From the NCBI GenBank assembly GCA_902776685.1, contig CACYRB010000005.1, forward strand, positions 997-64,996: DNA of 64,000 bases. The letters run 5' to 3'. Position numbers and translations under genes: made by a program. Positions 48,974 to 57,970 of the stretch are shown piece after piece. The notes beneath the pieces were generated by a model, which saw only the letters and a list, made by a program, of their open reading frames with translations, searched no databases and was not told the DNA's origin. This stretch comes from an uncultured Prevotellaceae bacterium (lineage in GTDB: Bacteria > Bacteroidota > Bacteroidia > Bacteroidales > Bacteroidaceae). Each line of letters begins with the position of its first letter. The first letter of the stretch is position 1.

Positions 48974-51000
48974 AAAAGCAGGTAGAGCATATCGGCATCG
49001 TTGCCCGCGATGGTTATTTACAACCTTATGAAGAGGCCATCCGTGGGCGTCACGACCACGCACAATGGAAGAAGTCGCAACTGACGGCAAAAGGTCGCCG
49101 CACATTGAGCGACTTTGCTAACGGTCATGAATATTTCGGTCTGCATAAGACCACGCGTGGATGGGTGTTTCGTGAGTGGGCACCTAACGCCACAGCCATT
49201 ACTCTTGTCGGCGATTTTAACGAGTGGACTCCAACCGACGCTTACAAGGCTAAACGAATACCGGGAACTGACAACTGGGAGTTGAAACTTCCTGAGAAAG
49301 CCATGAAGCACGGCGACCTTTTCAAAATGAAGGTTGAGTGGAATGGCGGAGAAGGTGAGCGCATACCGGCATGGGCCCGTCGTGTAGTGCAAGACGACCA
49401 GACAAAGATTTTCTCGGCTCAGGTTTGGAATCCTGAACAGGAATATAAATGGCAGACACGCAGGTTTAAGGCAAAGAAGAATCCGTTGCTCATCTATGAA
49501 TGTCACATCGGTATGGCTCAAGATGCTGAGAAAGTAGGCACATATTCAGAGTTTCGCGACAATGTGTTGCCACGTGTCATAAAAGATGGCTATAATTGCA
49601 TCCAGATTATGGCCATTCAGGAACATCCCTATTACGGCTCGTTTGGCTATCATGTCAGCTCTTTCTTCGCTCCTTCTTCGCGTTTCGGAACGCCTGAAGA
49701 GTTGAAATCACTCATTGATACGGCTCATAAAAACGGCATTGCCGTCATTATGGATATTGTGCATAGTCATGCCGTCAGAAACGAGGTGGAGGGATTAGGC
49801 AATCTTGCCGGCGACCCCAACCAATATTTCTATTCCGGCGACCGCCATGTTCATCCTGCATGGGACTCGCTATGCTTCGACTACGGAAAAGACCAGGTGC
49901 TGCACTTCTTGCTCTCAAATTGCAAATACTGGCTTGAAGAATTCCATTTTGACGGTTTCCGTTTTGATGGTGTTACTTCCATGCTCTACTACAGCCATGG
50001 GTTAGGCGAGGCTTTCTGCGACTATAGCGACTATTTCAACGGTCACCAAGACGACAACGCCATATGCTATCTGACATTGGCCAACGAGCTCATCCACGAA
50101 GTTAATCCCGATGCAATAACAATAGCCGAGGAGGTTAGTGGAATGCCAGGTCTGGCCGCAAAGGTTGAGGATGGCGGATACGGATTTGACTATCGCATGG
50201 CAATGAACATCCCTGACTTCTGGATAAAGACCATTAAAGAGCAACCTGACGAGGCATGGAAACCAAGTTCTATCTTCTGGGAGGTGAAGAACAGAAGAGC
50301 CGACGAGCAGACCATCAGCTATTGCGAGAGCCACGACCAGGCTCTTGTGGGCGACAAGACGATTATCTTCCGACTGATAGACGCCGATATGTACTGGCAC
50401 TTCAAGAAAGGTGATGAGAACGACATGGTTCATCGTGGAATAGCCTTGCACAAGATGATCAGGCTTGTCACCGCTTCCACTATTAACGGCGGATATCTGA
50501 ACTTCATGGGAAATGAGTTCGGACATCCCGAGTGGATTGACTTCCCGCGCGAGGGTAATGGCTGGAGCCATAAATATGCGCGTCGCCAGTGGAATCTGCT
50601 CGATAATCCTGAGCTCGACTATCACTATCTTGGTGATTTCGATAAAGCTATGCTTGCTACGATAAAAAAGCAATCGCGTTTCAACCAGACACGCATACAG
50701 GAGATTTGGCACAACGACGGCGACCAGATTTTATGTTTCATGCGCGGAAGTCTTGTCTTTGTCTTTAATTTCTCGCCGGCACGTTCGTTTACCGACTACG
50801 GATTCCTTGTGCCGAAGGGAAGTTACAACGTCGTACTTAATACTGACAATCCTGCCTTTGGTGGAAACGGGTTGACCGATGACGGCATGGAGCACTTTAC
50901 CAACTTCGATCCCCTGTACGAGAAACAGGATAAGGAATGGCTTAAACTCTATATTCCGGCAAGGACGGCAATGGTATTGAAAAGAAATGCAGGCAAGTAA
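48970..51000 (+). CDS. glgB: 1,4-alpha-glucan branching enzyme (GH13)
   Basis: FREWAPNA, IYECHIGM, DIVHSH, FDGFRFDGVTSM, AEEVSG and ESHDQ motifs. Confidence 0.93.
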   Translation: MKKQVEHIGIVARDGYLQPYEEAIRGRHDHAQWKKSQLTAKGRRTLSDFANGHEYFGLHKTTRGWVFREWAPNATAITLVGDFNEWTPTDAYKAKRIPGTDNWELKLPEKAMKHGDLFKMKVEWNGGEGERIPAWARRVVQDDQTKIFSAQVWNPEQEYKWQTRRFKAKKNPLLIYECHIGMAQDAEKVGTYSEFRDNVLPRVIKDGYNCIQIMAIQEHPYYGSFGYHVSSFFAPSSRFGTPEELKSLIDTAHKNGIAVIMDIVHSHAVRNEVEGLGNLAGDPNQYFYSGDRHVHPAWDSLCFDYGKDQVLHFLLSNCKYWLEEFHFDGFRFDGVTSMLYYSHGLGEAFCDYSDYFNGHQDDNAICYLTLANELIHEVNPDAITIAEEVSGMPGLAAKVEDGGYGFDYRMAMNIPDFWIKTIKEQPDEAWKPSSIFWEVKNRRADEQTISYCESHDQALVGDKTIIFRLIDADMYWHFKKGDENDMVHRGIALHKMIRLVTASTINGGYLNFMGNEFGHPEWIDFPREGNGWSHKYARRQWNLLDNPELDYHYLGDFDKAMLATIKKQSRFNQTRIQEIWHNDGDQILCFMRGSLVFVFNFSPARSFTDYGFLVPKGSYNVVLNTDNPAFGGNGLTDDGMEHFTNFDPLYEKQDKEWLKLYIPARTAMVLKRNAGK

Positions 51001-51862
51001 CGGGAACTATTCGTTGATGAGAATGGCGTGTGCCCTGTATTTCGGGGCATTCGTCTTTTGCAACATCTACTTCTTTCAGAACGACATCTTGTATGCCGCT
51101 CAGCACGTGCTTTCCAACGGTCAGACGCACTATAACCGCACATTGGGCTCTGTTTTGATAACAATCGTGTTGTTTGTTGTGCATTTTATCATGCTTTCGC
51201 TGACGCGTTTCACTCGTAGGCTGCACGTACTGACCTACGCTCCGTCGTTGATGCTCCTTGCCACCCTTTGTAGTTTTGGAGAACCGACAAATAAATATCT
51301 GTCTTCACCCTGGCCTGTTATATTTTTCATCGTCCTATTGCTGGCACTTTTTGTCTTAAAGAAATCGGGCATAGAAGATTTGAAACCGTTGTCTTCAAGA
51401 CCATATCATGAATTTAAAACATCGGTTTTAAACTTTTTATTTCTTGTGTTAATGTCGATTGGGGTTGCTTTTGTCGGCAACAGCAATGATGTGCTGCATT
51501 ATCGTCTTCGCATAGAACGACTTCTGATGGCTCACGAATACCGTTTGGCGCTTGAAGTGGGAAAAGATGCACAGGCAACCGACACCAGCCTTACCATGTT
51601 ACGCATCTATGCGCTGTCGAAAACGGGACAACTTCCACGAGGTCTCTCGCGCTACCCACTGGCGGGCAATGCTGAGACCATCTTGCCCGATGGTCATTAC
51701 GCGCGTACAATAATGCTCGACGAAAAAGAGATTTTTAATAATGTCGGCTTACCTGTAAAAGAAAAGATGCCGGCAACGAAGTATCTCGAATTTATCCGCC
51801 GTACCCGTAAGAATAAACCCGCAGCAGAAAGCTATGAACTCTGTGCAAAAGAACTGAAATAA
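50987..51862 (+). CDS. Membrane protein (DUF6057-like, hypothetical)
   Basis: About 5 TM segments, then a soluble region containing LTMLRIYALSKTGQL; family assignment from memory. Confidence 0.55.
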   Translation: MQASNGNYSLMRMACALYFGAFVFCNIYFFQNDILYAAQHVLSNGQTHYNRTLGSVLITIVLFVVHFIMLSLTRFTRRLHVLTYAPSLMLLATLCSFGEPTNKYLSSPWPVIFFIVLLLALFVLKKSGIEDLKPLSSRPYHEFKTSVLNFLFLVLMSIGVAFVGNSNDVLHYRLRIERLLMAHEYRLALEVGKDAQATDTSLTMLRIYALSKTGQLPRGLSRYPLAGNAETILPDGHYARTIMLDEKEIFNNVGLPVKEKMPATKYLEFIRRTRKNKPAAESYELCAKELK

Positions 51863-51958
51863 GAAAAGCAACACAAGAAATTGTGCCGCTTTTGTTTTAC
51901 CTTATTTTTTGCCCTTGAAATAGATGGCGACAGGACTTTATGATACGATTTGTCGGTA

Positions 51959-52444
51959 TTACTTTTTTACTTCTTCCAGCGCCGACACCCAGTTAGTATC
52001 AATTGAAAATTGCGTAATGTAGCCAGGGTTGTCAACATAGGCGTAGACATATTCTTTATCCATATCGTTGAACAGGGCATTTCCTGTGGTTGCACCTTTG
52101 AATTTGGCCATTACGATTTCCCGTTCTTTTTTGTCTTTAGCCTCAGACAAACGTTTCACATAAAGATTAACGAAAAGGATGAGAGAGTTGGCCTGATTAC
52201 CCAGTTCGTAAACTGTGAAGCCCTCAGTCTGTCCGCCTTTCTCAAGGAGATAGTACAGGGCATCATACTTGAAGCATGCCACTTTTCGCTCCTCAATGCC
52301 GAGCGACTTGTCGGCAGCCACAGCCTCGGCAGCGTTCATCAGGTTCTTCACTTCGTTGTAAATCTCTTCCTCTTGGGCATTTGCGTTCATCACGAATGCG
52401 CAAAAGAGAGCGCAAAACAACATTATTTTTTTCTTCATTTTCAT
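51959..52444 (-). CDS. Secreted hypothetical protein
   Basis: Signal peptide ending ANA-Q; helical mature region. Confidence 0.7.
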   Translation of the reverse strand: MKMKKKIMLFCALFCAFVMNANAQEEEIYNEVKNLMNAAEAVAADKSLGIEERKVACFKYDALYYLLEKGGQTEGFTVYELGNQANSLILFVNLYVKRLSEAKDKKEREIVMAKFKGATTGNALFNDMDKEYVYAYVDNPGYITQFSIDTNWVSALEEVKK

Positions 52445-52717
52445 ATTATTTGTTTACTTCTATTGATAAAGCCTTGTTTTATTAAGCGTGCAAATTTAAA
52501 CATAAAAAGTTGAAAAGGATTAAAAACGATTATTACTTTCCTCTTTTTTAATACATTTTATTAACTCAAAACAAACTTTCAACATTTTATAGTAGGTAAC
52601 AGAAAATGCGTTGTGAATGTAATAATCGTATTTTTTCAACGTAAAGTTTGTTTATCTCGCGGAAAAATGTTAATTTCGCGGGCAGAAAATCATTTCTTTA
52701 TAAATAATGTGTTAATT

Positions 52718-53785
52718 ATGAAAAAGTACAATTTCAATGCGGGTCCTTCAATGTTACCCCGCGAAGTGATTGAGGCCACGGCCAAACAGATTCTCGATTT
52801 TAACGGTTCGGGACTTTCTTTGATGGAGATTAGTCATCGGGCTAAGGATTTTCAGCCTGTTGTCGACGAGGCAATGGACTTGATTAAAGAGCTGCTCGAT
52901 GTTCCTGCAGGCTACTCTGTTGTGTTCCTTGGTGGCGGAGCCTCTTTACAGTTCTGTCAGGTTCCATGCAATTTCTTGATTAAGAAAGCAGCTTATCTGA
53001 ACACTGGCGTGTGGGCAAAGAAAGCAATGAAGGAAGCCAAACATTTTGGCGAAGTCGTTGAAGTCGCCTCGAGTGCCGATGCCAACTATACGTTTATTCC
53101 GAAGGGTTGGACCGTGCCTGAGGATGCCGATTACTTCCACATAACAACCAACAATACCATTTACGGTACCGAGATACGTCAAGACCCCGATGTGAAGGTT
53201 CCGCTGATAGCCGACATGTCGAGCGATATCTTCTCCCGTCCGGTCGACGTCTCGAAATATGACTGCATCTATGCTGGTGCTCAGAAGAACTTGGCTATGG
53301 CTGGTGTGACCGTCATCATTGTTAAAGACGACAAACTTGGTCGTGCTCCGCGTGAGATACCCACGATGCTCGACTATCGCACTCATGTTGAGAAAGGCTC
53401 AATGTTCAACACTCCTCCTGTCGTACCCATTTATTCAGCTCTTGAGACTCTTCGTTGGATCAAGCGCAATGGTGGTGTTCAGGCTATGGATAAGCTCGCA
53501 CAGGAAAGAGCAAAGATTGTCTACGATGAGATTGACCGCAACAAGCTGTTCCGTGGCACAGTAGCCGAGGAAGACCGTTCGCTGATGAACATCTGCTTTG
53601 TCATGAACGACGAATATGCCGAGTTGGAAAAGTCTTTCATGGAGTTTGCTACCTCGAAAGGAATGGTTGGCATCAAGGGGCACCGCTCAGTAGGCGGATT
53701 CCGCGCCAGCTGCTACAATGCTCAGACCATAGAAGGCGTGAACGCCCTCGTCGCCTGCATGAAGGAATTTGAGCAAAACGTTTAA
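52718..53785 (+). CDS. serC: Phosphoserine aminotransferase
   Basis: [25 protein letters not shown] and [11 protein letters not shown] motifs; start MKKYN at 52718. Confidence 0.96.
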   Translation: MKKYNFNAGPSMLPREVIEATAKQILDFNGSGLSLMEISHRAKDFQPVVDEAMDLIKELLDVPAGYSVVFLGGGASLQFCQVPCNFLIKKAAYLNTGVWAKKAMKEAKHFGEVVEVASSADANYTFIPKGWTVPEDADYFHITTNNTIYGTEIRQDPDVKVPLIADMSSDIFSRPVDVSKYDCIYAGAQKNLAMAGVTVIIVKDDKLGRAPREIPTMLDYRTHVEKGSMFNTPPVVPIYSALETLRWIKRNGGVQAMDKLAQERAKIVYDEIDRNKLFRGTVAEEDRSLMNICFVMNDEYAELEKSFMEFATSKGMVGIKGHRSVGGFRASCYNAQTIEGVNALVACMKEFEQNV

Positions 53786-53885
53786 GTAGCTTTTGTTAGT
53801 ATTAAGGGGAGAGTGTCAAGCCACACGCATGTTCACTTCCCCTTTCTGTTCTTTTTAGCATTATAAAGAAAAATAGAAATAGATT

Positions 53886-54803
53886 ATGAAAATATTAATT
53901 GCAACAGAAAAGCCCTTTGCTGCAAAGGCCGTAGAGGGCATCAAGAACGAGATTGAGGCAGCAGGACACGAACTCCTGTTACTCGAGAAATATACCGAGA
54001 AAAGCCAGTTGTTGAAAGCTGTCGAAGATGTCGACGCCCTGATTATCCGTTCCGACAAGATAGACGCCGAAGTGTTCGATGCCGCCAAGCAGTTGAAAAT
54101 CGTCGTGCGTGCCGGTGCTGGTTACGACAATATCGACCTTGCTGCCGCCACTGCCCACTACGTCGTGGCCGAGAACACACCCGGACAAAATGCCAATGCT
54201 GTGGCCGAGCTTGTGTTTGGTCTGCTTGTCTTTGCCGTCCGTAATTTCTATAATGGAAAGAGCGGTACCGAGTTGAAAGGCAAGAAGCTTGGAATTCTCG
54301 CCTTCGGAAACGTTGGTCGCAACGTGGCTCGCATCGCTAAGGGCTTCGGCATGGATGTCTATGCCTTCGATGCCTACTGTCCAGCCGAGGTGATTGAGGC
54401 CGCCGGTGTTCATGCCGTGGCTAATCAGGAGGCTCTCTTCGAGCAGTGCGACGTGGTATCGCTCCACATTCCCGCCACACCCGAGACCAAGCAGAGCATC
54501 AACCATGACCTTGTCGGCAAGATGAAAAAAGGTGGCATCCTTGTCAATACTGCCCGCAAAGAGGTTATCAATGAACCCGAACTGCTGAAGTTGATGCAGG
54601 AGCGCGACGACCTGAAATTCGTTACCGACATCATGCCCGATGCCGATGCCGATTTCCGTCAGATGGAAGGTCGCTATTTCTCAACCCCGAAGAAGATGGG
54701 TGCGCAGACCGCCGAGGCCAACATCAACGCCGGCATCGCCGCTGCACGCCAGATCAATGCCTTCTTCAAAGACGGCGACACCAAGTTCCAAGTGAACAAG
54801 TAA
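53886..54803 (+). CDS. serA: D-3-phosphoglycerate dehydrogenase-like protein (short form)
   Basis: RAGAGYDNID, NANAVAE, AFGNVG and VNTAR motifs; follows serC. Confidence 0.85.
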   Translation: MKILIATEKPFAAKAVEGIKNEIEAAGHELLLLEKYTEKSQLLKAVEDVDALIIRSDKIDAEVFDAAKQLKIVVRAGAGYDNIDLAAATAHYVVAENTPGQNANAVAELVFGLLVFAVRNFYNGKSGTELKGKKLGILAFGNVGRNVARIAKGFGMDVYAFDAYCPAEVIEAAGVHAVANQEALFEQCDVVSLHIPATPETKQSINHDLVGKMKKGGILVNTARKEVINEPELLKLMQERDDLKFVTDIMPDADADFRQMEGRYFSTPKKMGAQTAEANINAGIAAARQINAFFKDGDTKFQVNK

Positions 54804-54959
54804 ACAGGTAATTATAAATGGATAATTGATAATTGTGGTTACTTTTCTCGTAGAGAAAATGAGTGAAATAATCCCATTGTAGATTTCTCAAAAAGAAAAA
54901 CTAATCATAATTATCAATTGTCAATTCTTAATTCTAAATTAAAAAATAATCGTATAACT

Positions 54960-56207
54960 ATGGCAAAGATAAAACCCTTTAAGGGCATTCGTCCTCCGAA
55001 GGAATTTGTTGAAAAGGTTGAAAGCCGACCCTACGATGTGCTCGAAAGCGATGAGGCCCGGGCCGAGGCTGGCGACAACGCGATGAGCCTCTACCACATC
55101 ATCAAACCCGAAATTGATTTCCCTGAGGGAACGAGCGAATACGACCCACGTGTCTATGAACGTGCCGCCGAGAACTTCCAGCGCTTTCAGGACAATGGTT
55201 GGCTGGTTCAGGACGAAGCCGAACACTACTACATCTATGCCCAGACCATGAACGGCAAGACACAGTACGGTCTTGTCATCGGGGCCAGTGTCGACGACTA
55301 TATGAACGGCGTCATCAAGAAGCACGAGCTCACGCGTCGCGACAAGGAAGAAGACCGCATGAAGCATGTACGAGTGAACAATGCCAACATCGAACCCGTC
55401 TTCTTCGCCTATCCCGACAATGCTGTGCTCAACAGTCTCATCATGCGCTATGCCGCCACTGAGCCTGAGTATGACTTTATCGCGCCCATCGACGGTTTCC
55501 GTCATCAGTTCTGGATCATTTCCGACGAGGCCGACATCCGCACCGTCACCGACGAGTTTGCTAAGATGCCGTCGCTCTACATCGCTGACGGTCATCACCG
55601 CTCAGCTGCCGCAGCCCTTGTCGGTGCCGAGATGCAGCGCAACAACCCCAACCACCGAGGCGACGAGGAGTATAACTACTTCATGGCTGTAGCCTTCCAG
55701 GCCTCACAACTCACCGTGCTCGATTACAATCGTGTTTTGAAAGACCTCAACGGGCTCACTTCCGAACAGTTCCTTGAAGCCCTGTCGCACAACTTCGATA
55801 TCGAGAACAAAGGTGAGCAGATTTACAAGCCTGCCCGTCTGCACGAGTTCTCGCTTTATCTCGACCAGTGCTGGTATGCCTTGACAGCCAAGCCCGGCAC
55901 CTACGACGACAGCGACCCCATCGGTGTGCTCGACGTTGACATCTCGTCTCGCCTCATCCTGCAGGACATCCTCAACCTCGGCGACCTGCGCACCTCGCAT
56001 CGTATCGACTTTGTCGGCGGACTGCGTGGACTCGAAGAACTCAAACGCCGAGTCGACAGTGGTGAAATGAGAGCAGCCTTGGCCCTCTATCCTGTTTCTA
56101 TGAAGCAGATTATGGACATCGCTGACAGCGGGAAAATCATGCCACCAAAAGCCACTTGGTTTGAGCCTAAGCTGCGTAGTGGCCTCGTCATTCATCGACT
56201 CTCATGA
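54960..56207 (+). CDS. DUF1015-family protein
   Basis: SRPYDV, IKKHELT, YIADGHHRS and MPPKATWFEPKLRSGL motifs; usual serC-serA neighbour. Confidence 0.9.
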   Translation: MAKIKPFKGIRPPKEFVEKVESRPYDVLESDEARAEAGDNAMSLYHIIKPEIDFPEGTSEYDPRVYERAAENFQRFQDNGWLVQDEAEHYYIYAQTMNGKTQYGLVIGASVDDYMNGVIKKHELTRRDKEEDRMKHVRVNNANIEPVFFAYPDNAVLNSLIMRYAATEPEYDFIAPIDGFRHQFWIISDEADIRTVTDEFAKMPSLYIADGHHRSAAAALVGAEMQRNNPNHRGDEEYNYFMAVAFQASQLTVLDYNRVLKDLNGLTSEQFLEALSHNFDIENKGEQIYKPARLHEFSLYLDQCWYALTAKPGTYDDSDPIGVLDVDISSRLILQDILNLGDLRTSHRIDFVGGLRGLEELKRRVDSGEMRAALALYPVSMKQIMDIADSGKIMPPKATWFEPKLRSGLVIHRLS

Positions 56208-56812
56208 CCGACACGTACACAACCATTAACGGCAAAAGCGAAGGATTTTACTCCGAGAAACGGAGTAAGTTCTTCGCTTTTGCCCATCATGTAGAAAGCA
56301 CCGACGAGGTTAAAGCCATTGTCGCCGCATACCGAAAGCAGTACTATGATGCCCGCCATGTGTGCTACGCCTACGTGCTGGGACCCGAGCGCACCGACTA
56401 CCGTGCCAACGACGATGGCGAGCCGTCGTCAACTGCAGGAAAGCCTATCCTCGGTCAAATCCATTCCAACGAGCTCACCGACATCCTCATTGTTGTCGTG
56501 CGCTACTATGGTGGTGTCAATCTTGGTACCAGTGGACTTATAATCGCTTATCGCTCAGCAGCATCCGATGCTATCGCTCATGCAACGTTAGAATCTCGTC
56601 AGGTAGAAGAACAGGTTACCTTTCACTACGACTATCAACTCACCAATGATGTCATGCGAGTAGTCAACGAGCTATCGCCTCGCATCGTCGCCCAGTCCTT
56701 TGCCGACACCTGTAGCATCACCCTTGCCATCCGCCGTTCACAGGTAGAACAGCTCAGACAACGACTCCAGAAATTGAAAGAGAGGCGAGGGGAGTGTGGT
56801 AATTCAATGTAA
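56204..56812 (+). CDS. yigZ: YigZ/IMPACT-family protein
   Basis: EKRSKF, ARHVCYAY, DDGEPSSTAGKP and VVRYYGGVNLGTSGL motifs. Confidence 0.92.
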   Translation: MTDTYTTINGKSEGFYSEKRSKFFAFAHHVESTDEVKAIVAAYRKQYYDARHVCYAYVLGPERTDYRANDDGEPSSTAGKPILGQIHSNELTDILIVVVRYYGGVNLGTSGLIIAYRSAASDAIAHATLESRQVEEQVTFHYDYQLTNDVMRVVNELSPRIVAQSFADTCSITLAIRRSQVEQLRQRLQKLKERRGECGNSM

Positions 56813-56831
56813 AAAAATATTAAAATCATAA

Positions 56832-57236
56832 CGAAAGATACACCTTTCGCAGTCCGAAATGTTAATACGCTAATTTCGATTTAACATTTCAAAAAATACC
56901 ATTTTCTACGCTTTCACGCCTCTTTCATTCCTTTTTCATTTCCCTTTCACGCTGAAAGATATATGTTTCGGGTTGCAAAAGACGGTCTTTTAGCAGCCGA
57001 AAGTCTATGTTTTACCACCCAAAAGCTTATCTTTCGCAGGATGAAACATATATGTTTCAGAAATTAGAGGTTAGTGAGAACGCCTAAATGGCAAGTCAAC
57101 AAGTTGAATGACAGTAGATTATGGTGTGTCTTTTGTGTGGCGATATTTCTTATCGCATGGACAGTAGGGCCATTAGTCGAATTTTCGTTGAAGAGAGACG
57201 TTAAATTTTACGGATTTTTCGGCTCGATTTTAACAG
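56832..57236 (-). repeat. Dispersed ~400-bp palindromic element, copy C (boxes inverted relative to A and B)
   Basis: GTTAA..TTAAC 56861-56885; five-unit 22-bp array ~56952-57060; GTTAA..TTAAC 57200-57234; CTGAAAGATATATGTTTCGGGTTGC identical to copy B. Confidence 0.8.
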
Positions 57237-57262
57237 TTGGGCATTGTACAGCTGATGAGAAA

Positions 57263-57293
57263 TGAGAAAAGCAACCCTTCCGGATTGCTTTTC
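57263..57293 (-). terminator. Hairpin after the DUF1573 gene
   Basis: AGAAAAGCAA..TTGCTTTTCT stem. Confidence 0.6.
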
Positions 57294-57317
57294 TGGCGTT
57301 GTTAATGGTTGTTCAGG

Positions 57318-57923
57318 TTATTTCACCAGGACGTCAAAAGTGATGGTGAACGGTATTTCTTTTCCTGTGTCGTCGTGTGTTGTGATAGTCATGGGGATGT
57401 GTTGCAGGCCTCGTGGCGTGGATGGTGTGACGGCAAAGCGCAGGGTGTGACGTTCTTGCCGGCCGTCGGGGCGATGCAGCACAACGACGGTGCGTTCCCG
57501 TTCTTCGCCCTGCTGCATGATGCCGAGGTCGAACCGATTGGCCGAGAGGCGGAGCTGGTCGGTGAGGCGGATCGGGAACTGTCGCAGGAGCGTTTCTTCC
57601 GACGTGATGCAGGTGCCGATGAGCGACATACTAACATGCTTGCGGTCAGGGCCATAGACCAATGTGCCTGTCTCCTTGAACTCGCCACCCTTACCGCGAG
57701 GATTGAAGGAGAGCGTGACGTGTGCAGTGTCGCCGGGTTCCACGAGAGAGTCGCGGTCGAAGTTGATGGTGGTACAGCCGCATGAGGTATAGCCTTGCTC
57801 GAGTGCGACGGCCTCGGTGCCGTCGTTGCGCAGTTTAAAGGTGTGTTGTTGCGGTCCGTCCGCCTCGTGGATGGTTCCAAGCGAGACCACGGCCATACCA
57901 ATGACAATCAGAGAGTCAATCAT
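57318..57923 (-). CDS. DUF1573-like Ig-fold protein
   Basis: HTFKLRNDG..TSCGCT..VEPGDT..FNPRGKGGEF pattern. Confidence 0.75.
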   Translation of the reverse strand: MIDSLIVIGMAVVSLGTIHEADGPQQHTFKLRNDGTEAVALEQGYTSCGCTTINFDRDSLVEPGDTAHVTLSFNPRGKGGEFKETGTLVYGPDRKHVSMSLIGTCITSEETLLRQFPIRLTDQLRLSANRFDLGIMQQGEERERTVVVLHRPDGRQERHTLRFAVTPSTPRGLQHIPMTITTHDDTGKEIPFTITFDVLVK

Positions 57924-57970
57924 AATTCATAATGCATAATTCATAATTCATATTAATAATTCACTTTGCA

